64,000 nucleotides of DNA from positions 160,001-224,000 of IMG/VR virus record IMGVR_UViG_3300031760_000001, one strand, 5' to 3'. The stretch comes from a virus (lineage: Duplodnaviria; Caudoviricetes). The first letter of the stretch is position 1. Each line of letters opens with the position of its first letter. The translations under genes and the position numbers were made by a program. Below the pieces are notes generated by a model, which was not told the origin of the DNA, searched no databases, and was given only the letters and a program-made list of their open reading frames with translations. Shown here in pieces: positions 30,407 through 39,300 of the stretch.

Positions 30407-30805
30407 ATGAAATGGGTAGAAAACATAACAAAAGCAATAAACACAACACTCAACTCATTGAGACCGCCAGTTATACCTATACCACCGATAATGTTGTTGT
30501 GTGAGATAATGGACAGACCTGGTTTGTCAGCAATAACACTGACATCAGCTGTCATAGCAAGACTTCCTGAGGCTGGTATTCCAACAGACGTGAATCCAGA
30601 TGGAACTGCCAATATGATTAACCAATATACCAGGATATTGTGTGAAGAAATTATAAAGGAATTCCAAAATCATGCGGTGGTAAACGGTGCTGTTGCTCCA
30701 GGAAGCATAAACATAACTGGTACAGGCACAGCTGCAGGTATTGCTCCAGTGGCTGTCACAGGTACAAATGTTTTGGCTAGTATTGTAAATTCAATTATCC
30801 GTTAA
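30407..30805 (+). CDS. Hypothetical baseplate-region protein
   Basis: 132-aa ORF with a C-terminal beta-rich Gly/Thr segment. Confidence 0.6.
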   Translation: MKWVENITKAINTTLNSLRPPVIPIPPIMLLCEIMDRPGLSAITLTSAVIARLPEAGIPTDVNPDGTANMINQYTRILCEEIIKEFQNHAVVNGAVAPGSINITGTGTAAGIAPVAVTGTNVLASIVNSIIR

Positions 30806-30815
30806 AATATCTTAT

Positions 30816-30992
30816 ATGATGATGGAATATGAAAAAATGTCAAATAAAGAATTAAGTGATGAACTTACAACTCTTGAAGAAAGTTTCAATGAATATAAAA
30901 CTTTATTGGAAGAGATTTATACCAATATGTCCGAATTATCTGAAAAATATAATAACATTAAGGAAATCTTAGATAAACGAAATGGAAAATGA
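30816..30992 (+). CDS. Small coiled-coil protein (58 aa, below the ORF-track cut-off)
   Basis: MMMEYEKMSNKELSDELTTLEESFNEYKTLLEEIYTNMSELSEKYNNIKEILDKRNGK* fills the gap and overlaps the next start. Confidence 0.6.
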   Translation: MMMEYEKMSNKELSDELTTLEESFNEYKTLLEEIYTNMSELSEKYNNIKEILDKRNGK

Positions 30993-31836
30993 ATATATAT
31001 TAAGGGAAGCTAAAGTTTACAGTGTTGATGATGAATATGACGGAATGCGTATCAAAGTACGCCTTGACGGTTTGGATGGGCATTTGAGTGATGATGAACT
31101 TCCATATTGTTTTCCGTTGTTACCTAAACTCATACACATAGCCCCAAAAGTTGGTGAAGCTGTTATTGTAATTCTCGGAAGATGTGGTGCAGCAACCAGC
31201 AACAGGTATTATATTGGTCCAATATTATCACAACCATATTACTACAAAGAGGAACTGTATGATTTAAGTGCATTGAATATGTTGTTAAACCGAAAAACAA
31301 CACCAATCCAGAAAGCAGAACGTGACCCATTGAATAACGGTACACTTCCTGATATTGAAGATATTGCACTTATTGGTAGGGAAAATGCAGACATTACATT
31401 AAAAACTAATGAAGTTAGGCTAAGATGTGGCTATAAATCCACCCCAAACGGTAAAGTTGAAGACCGCTTGCATTTTAATGAGATTAATCCAGCCTATATT
31501 CAAATGAAATACAAAAAAATGACCGATGAAAGGGGTAAGGAAATAAATAGTTTTGTTAATATTGTTGCTGACAAAATAAATTTAATGAATCATAATTTAC
31601 TAATAGACAGAACTGATGTAATTAATGAAGATGATTTAATGGATTTCATAAACAACAGTGGTCATCCGCTTGTGTATGGTGATGAGGTTGTTGCACTTCT
31701 GAAAGACATTCTGAATATAATACAAACACATACACATCCGTTTGCAATGTGTCCACCTAAGTTTGACAAGAGTGATTTGAAGGTGTTTGACACAAATTTG
31801 AATGCAATGTTGTCTGATACAGTAAGAATTAGTTAA
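30982..31836 (+). CDS. gp5/gpV-like baseplate spike protein (OB-fold N-terminus)
   Basis: VYSVDD...RIKVRL...LPYCFPL...PKVGEAVIV...YYIG OB-fold pattern and a C-terminal HTH (His-Thr-His) metal-binding tip motif. Confidence 0.75.
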   Translation: MENEYILREAKVYSVDDEYDGMRIKVRLDGLDGHLSDDELPYCFPLLPKLIHIAPKVGEAVIVILGRCGAATSNRYYIGPILSQPYYYKEELYDLSALNMLLNRKTTPIQKAERDPLNNGTLPDIEDIALIGRENADITLKTNEVRLRCGYKSTPNGKVEDRLHFNEINPAYIQMKYKKMTDERGKEINSFVNIVADKINLMNHNLLIDRTDVINEDDLMDFINNSGHPLVYGDEVVALLKDILNIIQTHTHPFAMCPPKFDKSDLKVFDTNLNAMLSDTVRIS

Positions 31837-31840
31837 AAAA

Positions 31841-31862
31841 AACGCCACACATTTGTGGCGTT
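31841..31862. terminator. Hairpin / probable terminator
   Basis: aacgccaca-catt-tgtggcgtt. Confidence 0.55.
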
Positions 31863-31892
31863 AACTATTTATATTATATATAATACAATATT

Positions 31893-33275
31893 ATGGCAAT
31901 CGTTACACATACATTTCTAGATAAAACAAACACCATTATTGAAGGTGAAAAGGTTAATTTGGGTATGAACCCTATACTTGAACTCTATTACGGTGTACCT
32001 GTATCAAGGGGTTTAATTCATTTTGATATCAACAATATAAAAAACAAGGTTGAAGATAAGACATATCCTGACATAACCAAACTCCATCACAGACTTAAAA
32101 TGAAGAATGTTGCAGGTCTCAGAACCCCATATCAACACAAGTTCAACAGATACAACCATGCTGAAAGAGCCAAATCTTTTGATTTGGTGTTCTTTGGGAT
32201 TGACAGAGATTGGGATATGGGTGGCGGTTTCGATTACCTGAAAGACGGTTATGACACAGTAAACATAATATACTCGGAACACGGTTCCAACTGGTATCAA
32301 TGCAAAGACTACACAAAATGGGCTAACGACGGCGTGTTCACCAGGGAATACATCCAAACCAACGCGATGTACATGCAGCATTTCGATGTCGGCAATGAGG
32401 ATATCGACATTGACATTACTGGTTACGTCAACGAGTGTCTGGCAGGAACCCGTGACAATTACGGATTTGGTGTTGCATTTTCCCATGACCTTGATGAAAT
32501 TGAAACACCAGCACTCAACTATGTCGGTTTCTTCACTGACCACACACACACGTTCTACCATCCGTATGTCGAAACAAGGTATGACGACTATATCTCGGAC
32601 GACAGGACAAACTTTTATCTGGACAAAGACAACAGGCTTTATTTTTATGCCAATGTAGGCGGTAAAATGGTCAACCTGGATGAACTGCCCACCTGTTGTG
32701 TTTCGTGCACCGACGTGCCCGTAAAACAAGCCACAAAGGGGGTATATTATATAGAGGTGAATCTCAACTCAAGTGAGTTTGAAGAAGAGACCATGTATTA
32801 TGACACATGGAGCAACCTGAAGTATAACGGGGTTAAGTTGCCAGATGTCGAACTCTACTTCACAACCAAAGCACCGAGAGCCTATTTCACGTTCGGTTTG
32901 CCTTATGAAACCAAAAAACAGGAGACTATTGTCCCTTCAATTAGTGGCATTAACCACAGGGAACAGATTGAACAGGGTGATGTGAGAAAAATCAATGTCA
33001 ACTGCAAGATTGCCTACACAACCAAACAGCAGTATGCTGTTGACGGATTGGAATACAGGCTGTACAGCAAAGCAAGTGACATTGAAGTCGATGTCATTGA
33101 GTGGACGCCAGTGGAACGCGGATATAACGAGAATTTCTTCCTGGTTGACACTAAAGAACTGGCACCAGGGAAATACTTCATTGCAATCAAAGTGATGAAA
33201 GATATGGAAGAGATAATTCACAGGGAACTTTGTGAGTTTGATATACTGGATAATAAGAAAGATTTAAGAGGATAA
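31893..33275 (+). CDS. Putative virion structural protein
   Basis: SRGLIHFD, DIDITGYV...NYGFGV...FF...T.T.Y.PYVE pattern; TATTTATA at 31866-31873. Confidence 0.55.
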   Translation: MAIVTHTFLDKTNTIIEGEKVNLGMNPILELYYGVPVSRGLIHFDINNIKNKVEDKTYPDITKLHHRLKMKNVAGLRTPYQHKFNRYNHAERAKSFDLVFFGIDRDWDMGGGFDYLKDGYDTVNIIYSEHGSNWYQCKDYTKWANDGVFTREYIQTNAMYMQHFDVGNEDIDIDITGYVNECLAGTRDNYGFGVAFSHDLDEIETPALNYVGFFTDHTHTFYHPYVETRYDDYISDDRTNFYLDKDNRLYFYANVGGKMVNLDELPTCCVSCTDVPVKQATKGVYYIEVNLNSSEFEEETMYYDTWSNLKYNGVKLPDVELYFTTKAPRAYFTFGLPYETKKQETIVPSISGINHREQIEQGDVRKINVNCKIAYTTKQQYAVDGLEYRLYSKASDIEVDVIEWTPVERGYNENFFLVDTKELAPGKYFIAIKVMKDMEEIIHRELCEFDILDNKKDLRG

Positions 33276-33356
33276 AAAAAAATAAAATTTTTACGGAAAA
33301 AACATTGAGATTTTGGTTATAGGGTAAAAGTTATACAATTTTAACCCAAAATTAAA

Positions 33357-34730
33357 ATGAAAAAAAAATCACGTAAAACAAAGGAATTCCTCAATTTTAC
33401 TAATGAGGAAATGGGTGTAATTATTAAGAGAATCTTTAATTACACATTAGGTCAACTTGCATGTGGATATGTAGATAACTCAATGGATGAAAATGGAGGT
33501 ATATTTGCCTGGAACGGAAAACTCAATATCAGACCGCCATTTCAACGAGCATATGTGGTTGATGCAAAACAAGATTGGAAAACAAAATTAATTAGTAGTA
33601 TTATCCACGATAAGCCAATTGGTTGTATCTATTTTGGGCAGCAAAATACTGATGTTGATTATTATATGTTGCTTGATGGTCAACAACGACTAATCACTGT
33701 TTTTGAATTCATTAACAACTTATCAACTATGCCAGTCATGAAGGATGGCAAGGTTAAAGAGTGTTTGTTTAGCCAACTAACGCAAGAAGAGCAAAATAAA
33801 ATTCTAAACTATAAACCAACAATATATGTAGCCACAGGAAGCCAGAGTGCCATATTGGAATGGTTTATTACCATTAACCAACAGATTACCATTCTAACTG
33901 ACCAAGAAATCCGTAACGCAGCGTTTAATGGTCCGTTTGTTGAGTCCGCTAAACGTTATTTTTGTCGTGTACGTGCAACACAAAAACCCACTAGTTACAA
34001 CTATCTGGTTATGCATCAGGATAGTGATTATTCATATTTAAAATATACTAACTGCAAATCACCAGAAAGTTGTGATGTGTTAGAGGTTGCTCTTGATTGG
34101 TTGACATATGAAGAATATCCAGAAATGCGTGTTGACAACACTATGGATGAACGAATTCGCCGATATATGTCAGAACATGCTAATGACGATAATGCGGATG
34201 ACCTTTTAAATCATTATAAAACCGTATATGATTGGGTGCGAAATACATTTACTTGTTGGCAAAAATCAATGAAAAAAGTTGATTGGGGCCGTCTATATAC
34301 CGAATATCATAATAAAGATTATGATATTAATGACCTTAATATGAAAGTAGATGAATATATGAATAATGAAGAGGTTACAGCTAACAGTGCCGTGTTTGAA
34401 TTTGTATTACTTGGCTGTCCAGAAAACAAAGTGAATATGCTAATTCCTCGTAATTTTAAAGAACGTCAAAAACAAAAACAATATCAACTCCAAGGTGGAT
34501 TAGACCCCGTAACAATGGAACCGTTGTTGACTGGAAAGGGTAAAAAACATTATGTTGCACATCACATTATTCCTTTCTATGTTGGAGGTAAAACCGATGA
34601 AAGTAATATTGTACTGATAAATCCAGAAACCCATGCCCTGATTCATGATGGATGTGAGTATTCGCCTGAGAAAATCAAAATATTGCGCGACCATTTAATG
34701 CAATTGATTGCAAATAATAATAAAAAGTGA
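33357..34730 (+). CDS. DUF262 (GmrS-like) plus C-terminal HNH endonuclease
   Basis: PPFQRAYV, LLDGQQRLIT, FITIN, and HNH-like AHHIIPFYVGGKTDESNIVLINPETH. Confidence 0.85.
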   Translation: MKKKSRKTKEFLNFTNEEMGVIIKRIFNYTLGQLACGYVDNSMDENGGIFAWNGKLNIRPPFQRAYVVDAKQDWKTKLISSIIHDKPIGCIYFGQQNTDVDYYMLLDGQQRLITVFEFINNLSTMPVMKDGKVKECLFSQLTQEEQNKILNYKPTIYVATGSQSAILEWFITINQQITILTDQEIRNAAFNGPFVESAKRYFCRVRATQKPTSYNYLVMHQDSDYSYLKYTNCKSPESCDVLEVALDWLTYEEYPEMRVDNTMDERIRRYMSEHANDDNADDLLNHYKTVYDWVRNTFTCWQKSMKKVDWGRLYTEYHNKDYDINDLNMKVDEYMNNEEVTANSAVFEFVLLGCPENKVNMLIPRNFKERQKQKQYQLQGGLDPVTMEPLLTGKGKKHYVAHHIIPFYVGGKTDESNIVLINPETHALIHDGCEYSPEKIKILRDHLMQLIANNNKK

Positions 34731-34744
34731 TATATTATATTTAT

Positions 34745-35893
34745 ATGATAAATGAAATTTATATACCAGACGGGTTTGAGTATGTATATTCACCATTAAT
34801 AAAAAAAATGGTTCTCAAACCAAAACAAGGGTTTTCTGATAATTATTTACAAGACAACCAATTTGTACCATTACATGAATGTAATTTAGATAATGAGGAA
34901 AACGATTCAAACGAACCACAAAAGAAAACAAATAAAAATCTTCATAAAGCCAAAAAAATAAAGAATGACGAATTCTATACCACTCTTGGTTCTATTGTCA
35001 ATGAGGTAAAACATTACCAAGACCAATTTAAAGATAAAATTGTTTATTGCCCGTGTGATAAAGTATTTAACAAAGGGCGTAGTAATTTTTTTGAATACTT
35101 TTCAACAATGTTCCATGTTCTGGGATTAAAAAAACTAATATGTACACAGTACAACCCAGACAGTAATGGTAAAGCTATTATTTTCCAAGGACGGGGTATT
35201 CGTTGGGATTATAATGGTGAAATTGATGATAATATACATATTGATGAATGTGGGGTGGAAACAACAATACTTAAAGGGAATGGGTCTTTCGATAGTGAGG
35301 AATGTCAAGAAATCATGTCTCAATGTGATATTGTTGTCACAAACCCGCCATTTTCATTGTTAAGGTCTTTCATTGCCCAAATAATAAAGCACAATAAACA
35401 ATTTCTAATCATTGGTCCACAAAATGCCATAACTTGTAAAGAAATTTTTCCTTTGATACAAGAAAATAAAATGTGGCTTGGATATACTTATGTGAAAGAA
35501 TTTGAAGTCCCAATTACTGAAATAACATCAAAAACCCAATATTATGATGAAACAACAGGAAAATTTTATCAGAAATTTGGTAATATATGTTGGTATACTA
35601 ATTTGATGCATAATAAACGCACAGAAATGATACCGTTGGTTAAAAAATATGAAGAAAATGCATATTTAATTTACGATAATTATAATGCTATTAATGTTGA
35701 TAAAGTTGAAAACATCCCTTATGATTACAACGGTATTTTAGGGGTTCCTATAACTTTTCTAACCAAATACAACCCCAATCAATTTCAAATTATTGGTTTG
35801 GACAGGTATGTTGAAGGAAATAAGTACCCAAACAAAAGAATGTTTATAAACGGAAAAGAACAATACGCTAGAATATTAATAAAAATTAAATAA
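34745..35893 (+). CDS. EcoRI-family adenine-specific DNA methyltransferase
   Basis: KAKKIKNDEFYT, VYCPCD, LKGNGSFDS, DIVVTNPPFS, GVPITFL and YARILIK. The start codon is uncertain. Confidence 0.88.
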   Translation: MINEIYIPDGFEYVYSPLIKKMVLKPKQGFSDNYLQDNQFVPLHECNLDNEENDSNEPQKKTNKNLHKAKKIKNDEFYTTLGSIVNEVKHYQDQFKDKIVYCPCDKVFNKGRSNFFEYFSTMFHVLGLKKLICTQYNPDSNGKAIIFQGRGIRWDYNGEIDDNIHIDECGVETTILKGNGSFDSEECQEIMSQCDIVVTNPPFSLLRSFIAQIIKHNKQFLIIGPQNAITCKEIFPLIQENKMWLGYTYVKEFEVPITEITSKTQYYDETTGKFYQKFGNICWYTNLMHNKRTEMIPLVKKYEENAYLIYDNYNAINVDKVENIPYDYNGILGVPITFLTKYNPNQFQIIGLDRYVEGNKYPNKRMFINGKEQYARILIKIK

Positions 35894-35917
35894 GGTGGAA
35901 TTCATTCCATCTTATTT
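35888..35917. terminator. Bidirectional terminator between convergent genes
   Basis: aaataaggtggaa-ttca-ttccatcttattt. Confidence 0.7.
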
Positions 35918-35923
35918 GTTTAT

Positions 35924-36559
35924 TTAATATCCAAATGAAGCTTTAATTAGTGAGTCAATTGTTGTATTTCCGTGATATATTTCCTGTCCATTAACATCAC
36001 GAGCTCTAAAATCTATATTCTTACCAGTCCCTTTAAGATATGGTTCAATGATAACATCCCTATCACGGTCTAATACCATACCCAGTCTTGAAATAGAATA
36101 CCTTTGAGCAATTAATTTCCTTACTTCATCGGTAATTTTCATATTATTTTTATTGCCAACAAATATAAGTGGGACAAATTCATCTTCTGGATGTTGTTCT
36201 TGATATTCAGCTAATGGTATTTCATTTCGATTTCTTCTTCCTCCACCAATTCCATTGTTTACCCGTGTAACCTCAAATGTTCTTGGGTTGATTTTAACAC
36301 CTTTTGGTAAATTTCTGGTATAGATTACATGCCCGAAATTATCAACTTCCAAGGCTCGTGGGTCAATGATGCCATCGCGAATTGGCTGTGCAAGTTTTTG
36401 TTTGACAAATTTTAACGACATTTCTTTACTATTTCCAAATTTGCCAAAATCAACACCTTCATTTATATAATTTTTGATACCTTCATTAAGGTATGTTTTT
36501 ATACTCGTTTCAATAATTTTTTCAAGTATGGTTTCATTTAATTTTATTATTTTCTTCAT
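35924..36559 (-). CDS. Tagged hypothetical protein
   Basis: N-terminus MKKIIKLNETILEKIIETSIKTYLNEGIKNYINE. Confidence 0.65.
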   Translation of the reverse strand: MKKIIKLNETILEKIIETSIKTYLNEGIKNYINEGVDFGKFGNSKEMSLKFVKQKLAQPIRDGIIDPRALEVDNFGHVIYTRNLPKGVKINPRTFEVTRVNNGIGGGRRNRNEIPLAEYQEQHPEDEFVPLIFVGNKNNMKITDEVRKLIAQRYSISRLGMVLDRDRDVIIEPYLKGTGKNIDFRARDVNGQEIYHGNTTIDSLIKASFGY

Positions 36560-36579
36560 ATATTTATTTTAATATTATT

Positions 36580-37056
36580 TTATTTAATCTTAGTCAATTG
36601 TTCCATTTGTTCCTCATTCAACTTAATGAGTTTCCTCATATGTTCGGTTGGTTTGGATTCAATCTCGTTCTGTATACTTTCAGTCCAACTTCTGAAAAGT
36701 ATGTTCCCTTTAAGGTAAGCTTCCTCTTCAAGTTTCATTAGTCTATCATCCCCAATAATCTCCTGACCGCTGTAAGCGTCGTTTGCAAGCCTTCCTTCAA
36801 GGTTCTGGTAATGGTGTATGCATTCATGTGCAAAACTTCTTAGAACGTCCTTGGGATGCCTTCCACGGGCAAATAGCATGACAAGTTTTTCCTCTGGATT
36901 ATACCACCCAGTTTTGATGAACACTTCATCCTCGCCCTGGTTCCTGTTTGATAATTTAATCTTAGGATATGGTTTAATTTTATATGTTTTATTAATAAAT
37001 TCAGCAAGGCTTTTTATATAAGGCTCGTAATTGAAGTGTTTATTCTTTTTTCCCAT
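36580..37056 (-). CDS. HExxH zinc-metallopeptidase-like protein with C-terminal tag
   Basis: LRSFAHECIHHYQ...LEEEAY; C-terminal MRKLIKLNEEQMEQL. Confidence 0.7.
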   Translation of the reverse strand: MGKKNKHFNYEPYIKSLAEFINKTYKIKPYPKIKLSNRNQGEDEVFIKTGWYNPEEKLVMLFARGRHPKDVLRSFAHECIHHYQNLEGRLANDAYSGQEIIGDDRLMKLEEEAYLKGNILFRSWTESIQNEIESKPTEHMRKLIKLNEEQMEQLTKIK

Positions 37057-37078
37057 TTGTATAAAAAAATATTTATAT

Positions 37079-37585
37079 TTATTCACCTTCAGGTTTTAAA
37101 CCAACGTATTTCCAACTATCGCCATCGTTTAATTCAAATGACATGTATACAGGTTGCCCATTCATATGACTGTAAGGTTCACCACATTGAAAATAATTCC
37201 TGGTGTATGTTTTCGGTGGGACAGCACTAGCTAATTCTTCAACAACTTCATTTGATACCAACGTACCTGGTTTCAAATTGTCCAAGTTTTTATCATATTG
37301 CCAATTTGACATATTATAAACGCCATCACCCTCATATGGGGTCGGCTCCACTTCATCATTATATGGTTGTGAGTATCCATTAGCTTCAGCCCACTCAACT
37401 AAATCTTTGTTTCCGAGCCAATTCATTAATTGTAAAGCAATTTCTTTCCATCCTTTCCATGAAACATCTTGTGATTCAAAATATTCCATAATATCCTCAG
37501 CCTCCCTTTCCTCCATTTCATATGAAATGGCTTCCATAATCATATTTTTTAGGGTGGACTCGTTAATTTTAATTACTTTTGCCAT
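37079..37585 (-). CDS. Tagged hypothetical protein
   Basis: N-terminus MAKVIKINESTLKNMIMEAISYE. Confidence 0.65.
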   Translation of the reverse strand: MAKVIKINESTLKNMIMEAISYEMEEREAEDIMEYFESQDVSWKGWKEIALQLMNWLGNKDLVEWAEANGYSQPYNDEVEPTPYEGDGVYNMSNWQYDKNLDNLKPGTLVSNEVVEELASAVPPKTYTRNYFQCGEPYSHMNGQPVYMSFELNDGDSWKYVGLKPEGE

Positions 37586-38034
37586 TACTTTTTAATACCT
37601 TTTATATTATTAATAGCCTTTGTTACTGCTTCATTAAGTCTTGCATCCGACACATTATCAAAATTGGCAAGATATACCTTCTGAGCCATATCTGATTTGA
37701 AGTCATCAATGATTGATACGATACCTGTGTATTTATCATTCTTTTCAATAGCTTTTCTCAATCCTTCAACCAAGTCAACAACATTCTTACATACTGCAGC
37801 AATGTCACTTGATTTCTTGACAGAAAGTCTTAATGAAAAATCGTTGAAGTTTGGTTTACCAGTATGTCCAAAAGCTTTTTCAGCCAAATCATCGGCAAAT
37901 TCCATGATTGTATCCCTCACTTCATCACACAATGTGTGACAATGCATCTTCCTGGTTGTGTAATGTATCATCTTGCACATATCAGCGTACAAGAACAATC
38001 TCATCACTATGTTTGCAATTTCTTTTTTGTTCAT
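37585..38034 (-). CDS. Ferritin/Dps-like four-helix protein with C-terminal tag
   Basis: MIHYTT..HCHTLCDE......ADDLAE pattern of phage Dps-like proteins; C-terminal RLNEAVTKAINNI. Confidence 0.6.
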   Translation of the reverse strand: MNKKEIANIVMRLFLYADMCKMIHYTTRKMHCHTLCDEVRDTIMEFADDLAEKAFGHTGKPNFNDFSLRLSVKKSSDIAAVCKNVVDLVEGLRKAIEKNDKYTGIVSIIDDFKSDMAQKVYLANFDNVSDARLNEAVTKAINNIKGIKK

Positions 38035-38109
38035 TATAATATACCTTTTAATATATAATATAAATATATTGGTATTTATTATTATACACAAAAAACTTTA
38101 CCACACTAT

Positions 38110-38916
38110 ATGAAAAAAACTATATTTTTAACCGAATCGGATTTAAAACATCTTATATCGGAGTGTGTCTTGGAATACTGTACACATAACAGGGTTGAAG
38201 AAGGGAAAACAGGCAATATATTAACCGCATTAGGTCTTGTTGCTGGCGGGATAACTGGATTGGGATATACAGATACACCGAATACAAAGCAACAGCAAAT
38301 TATCCCACCACAGACGATGTACCAAATGGATAAAAGCCCAAAAAACAATGACTCAACTATCAACTATTACGATTACGTAAAAAACCAAATAACGAATCGT
38401 TTCAAACAAACCGACAACAATCCGAAACAAGAAAAACCTCAAATACAAAGAGAATATTATCCAAGCGACAATGTGATTAATTTCATAAAGTCGTATGAAT
38501 CATTCCATGAAGGATGGATTGACGACGGAGATGGTAATTTGACAACAGGGTGGGGTTTCAAAATGACCCCAGAACTTAAAAAAAGATTCCCTACAGGAAT
38601 GCACCGTGATAAAAACGGCAACACACCAGAAGCAGATGCTTACTTGAAGGAATATATAAATAATAATCTTGGATTGTTTAAAAAATATACACCAAACCTT
38701 GATAAACTTCCGCAAGAATATGCTGATGCTTTGTTTGATGTATATTACAATGTTGGCCCAAATGTATACAAAAACAGTCCAAATCTACAACATGCGTTGA
38801 AAAATGTAGATTTGCCACAAATTGCAAACAACCTTAAATACGGAAAACTAAAAGGACACAAAAAACGTAGTGCAGACAGAAAAAACATGTTGAAAGGAAA
38901 TTATAAACGTAGTTAA
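38110..38916 (+). CDS. GH24 (T4-type) lysozyme with N-terminal tag and hydrophobic segment
   Basis: Catalytic triad E-x8-D-x5-T in KSYESFHEGWIDDGDGNLTTGWG, and DALFDVYYNVG. N-terminus MKKTIFLTESDLKHLISECVLE. Confidence 0.8.
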   Translation: MKKTIFLTESDLKHLISECVLEYCTHNRVEEGKTGNILTALGLVAGGITGLGYTDTPNTKQQQIIPPQTMYQMDKSPKNNDSTINYYDYVKNQITNRFKQTDNNPKQEKPQIQREYYPSDNVINFIKSYESFHEGWIDDGDGNLTTGWGFKMTPELKKRFPTGMHRDKNGNTPEADAYLKEYINNNLGLFKKYTPNLDKLPQEYADALFDVYYNVGPNVYKNSPNLQHALKNVDLPQIANNLKYGKLKGHKKRSADRKNMLKGNYKRS

Positions 38917-39236
38917 TTAGTGTTTTTTATTATCTCTCTAAAATCAACACTAGCCTTTTCTAACGTCTCATCATCAAATTGACTAATATCAATCCAATCA
39001 CTGTTATCAAATTCAACAAATTCTCCGTTATATATCTTAACCTCTCTCAATAGCTCTTCAGTTAATTCAAACTCTTTATAATTCGGGTTTTTATAAACAT
39101 ATTTAATCAAACCACAATCCCAAATTCTATCATATCCAAGTTCACGAGCCATTTCAAGTTCAGTCATTGATTTGTCAAAACCATAATTTAATAATCGTAT
39201 AAAAACCTTTAATAAAAACAAACTTAAATGGGTCAA
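38913..39236 (-). pseudogene. Remnant of Hef-like homing endonuclease C-terminus
   Basis: YGFDKSMTELEMARELGYDRIWDCGLIKYVYK resembles the C-terminal motif of Hef-like phage endonucleases. The nuclease core and a convincing start are missing. Confidence 0.55.
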
Positions 39237-39247
39237 AAAAAGACAAT

Positions 39248-39280
39248 AAAAAAAGCGTGACCGAAATCACGCTTTTCTTT
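39248..39280 (-). terminator. Terminator after the major capsid gene
   Basis: aaaagcgtga-ccgaaa-tcacgctttt flanked by A and T tracts. Confidence 0.85.
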
Positions 39281-39300
39281 TATAAACGATTGAGTTTCAA

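Noticed and set aside
32013-32729. 238-aa antisense ORF
   Set aside because: It lies entirely opposite a credible 460-aa gene and has no recognisable motifs; codon bias explains it.
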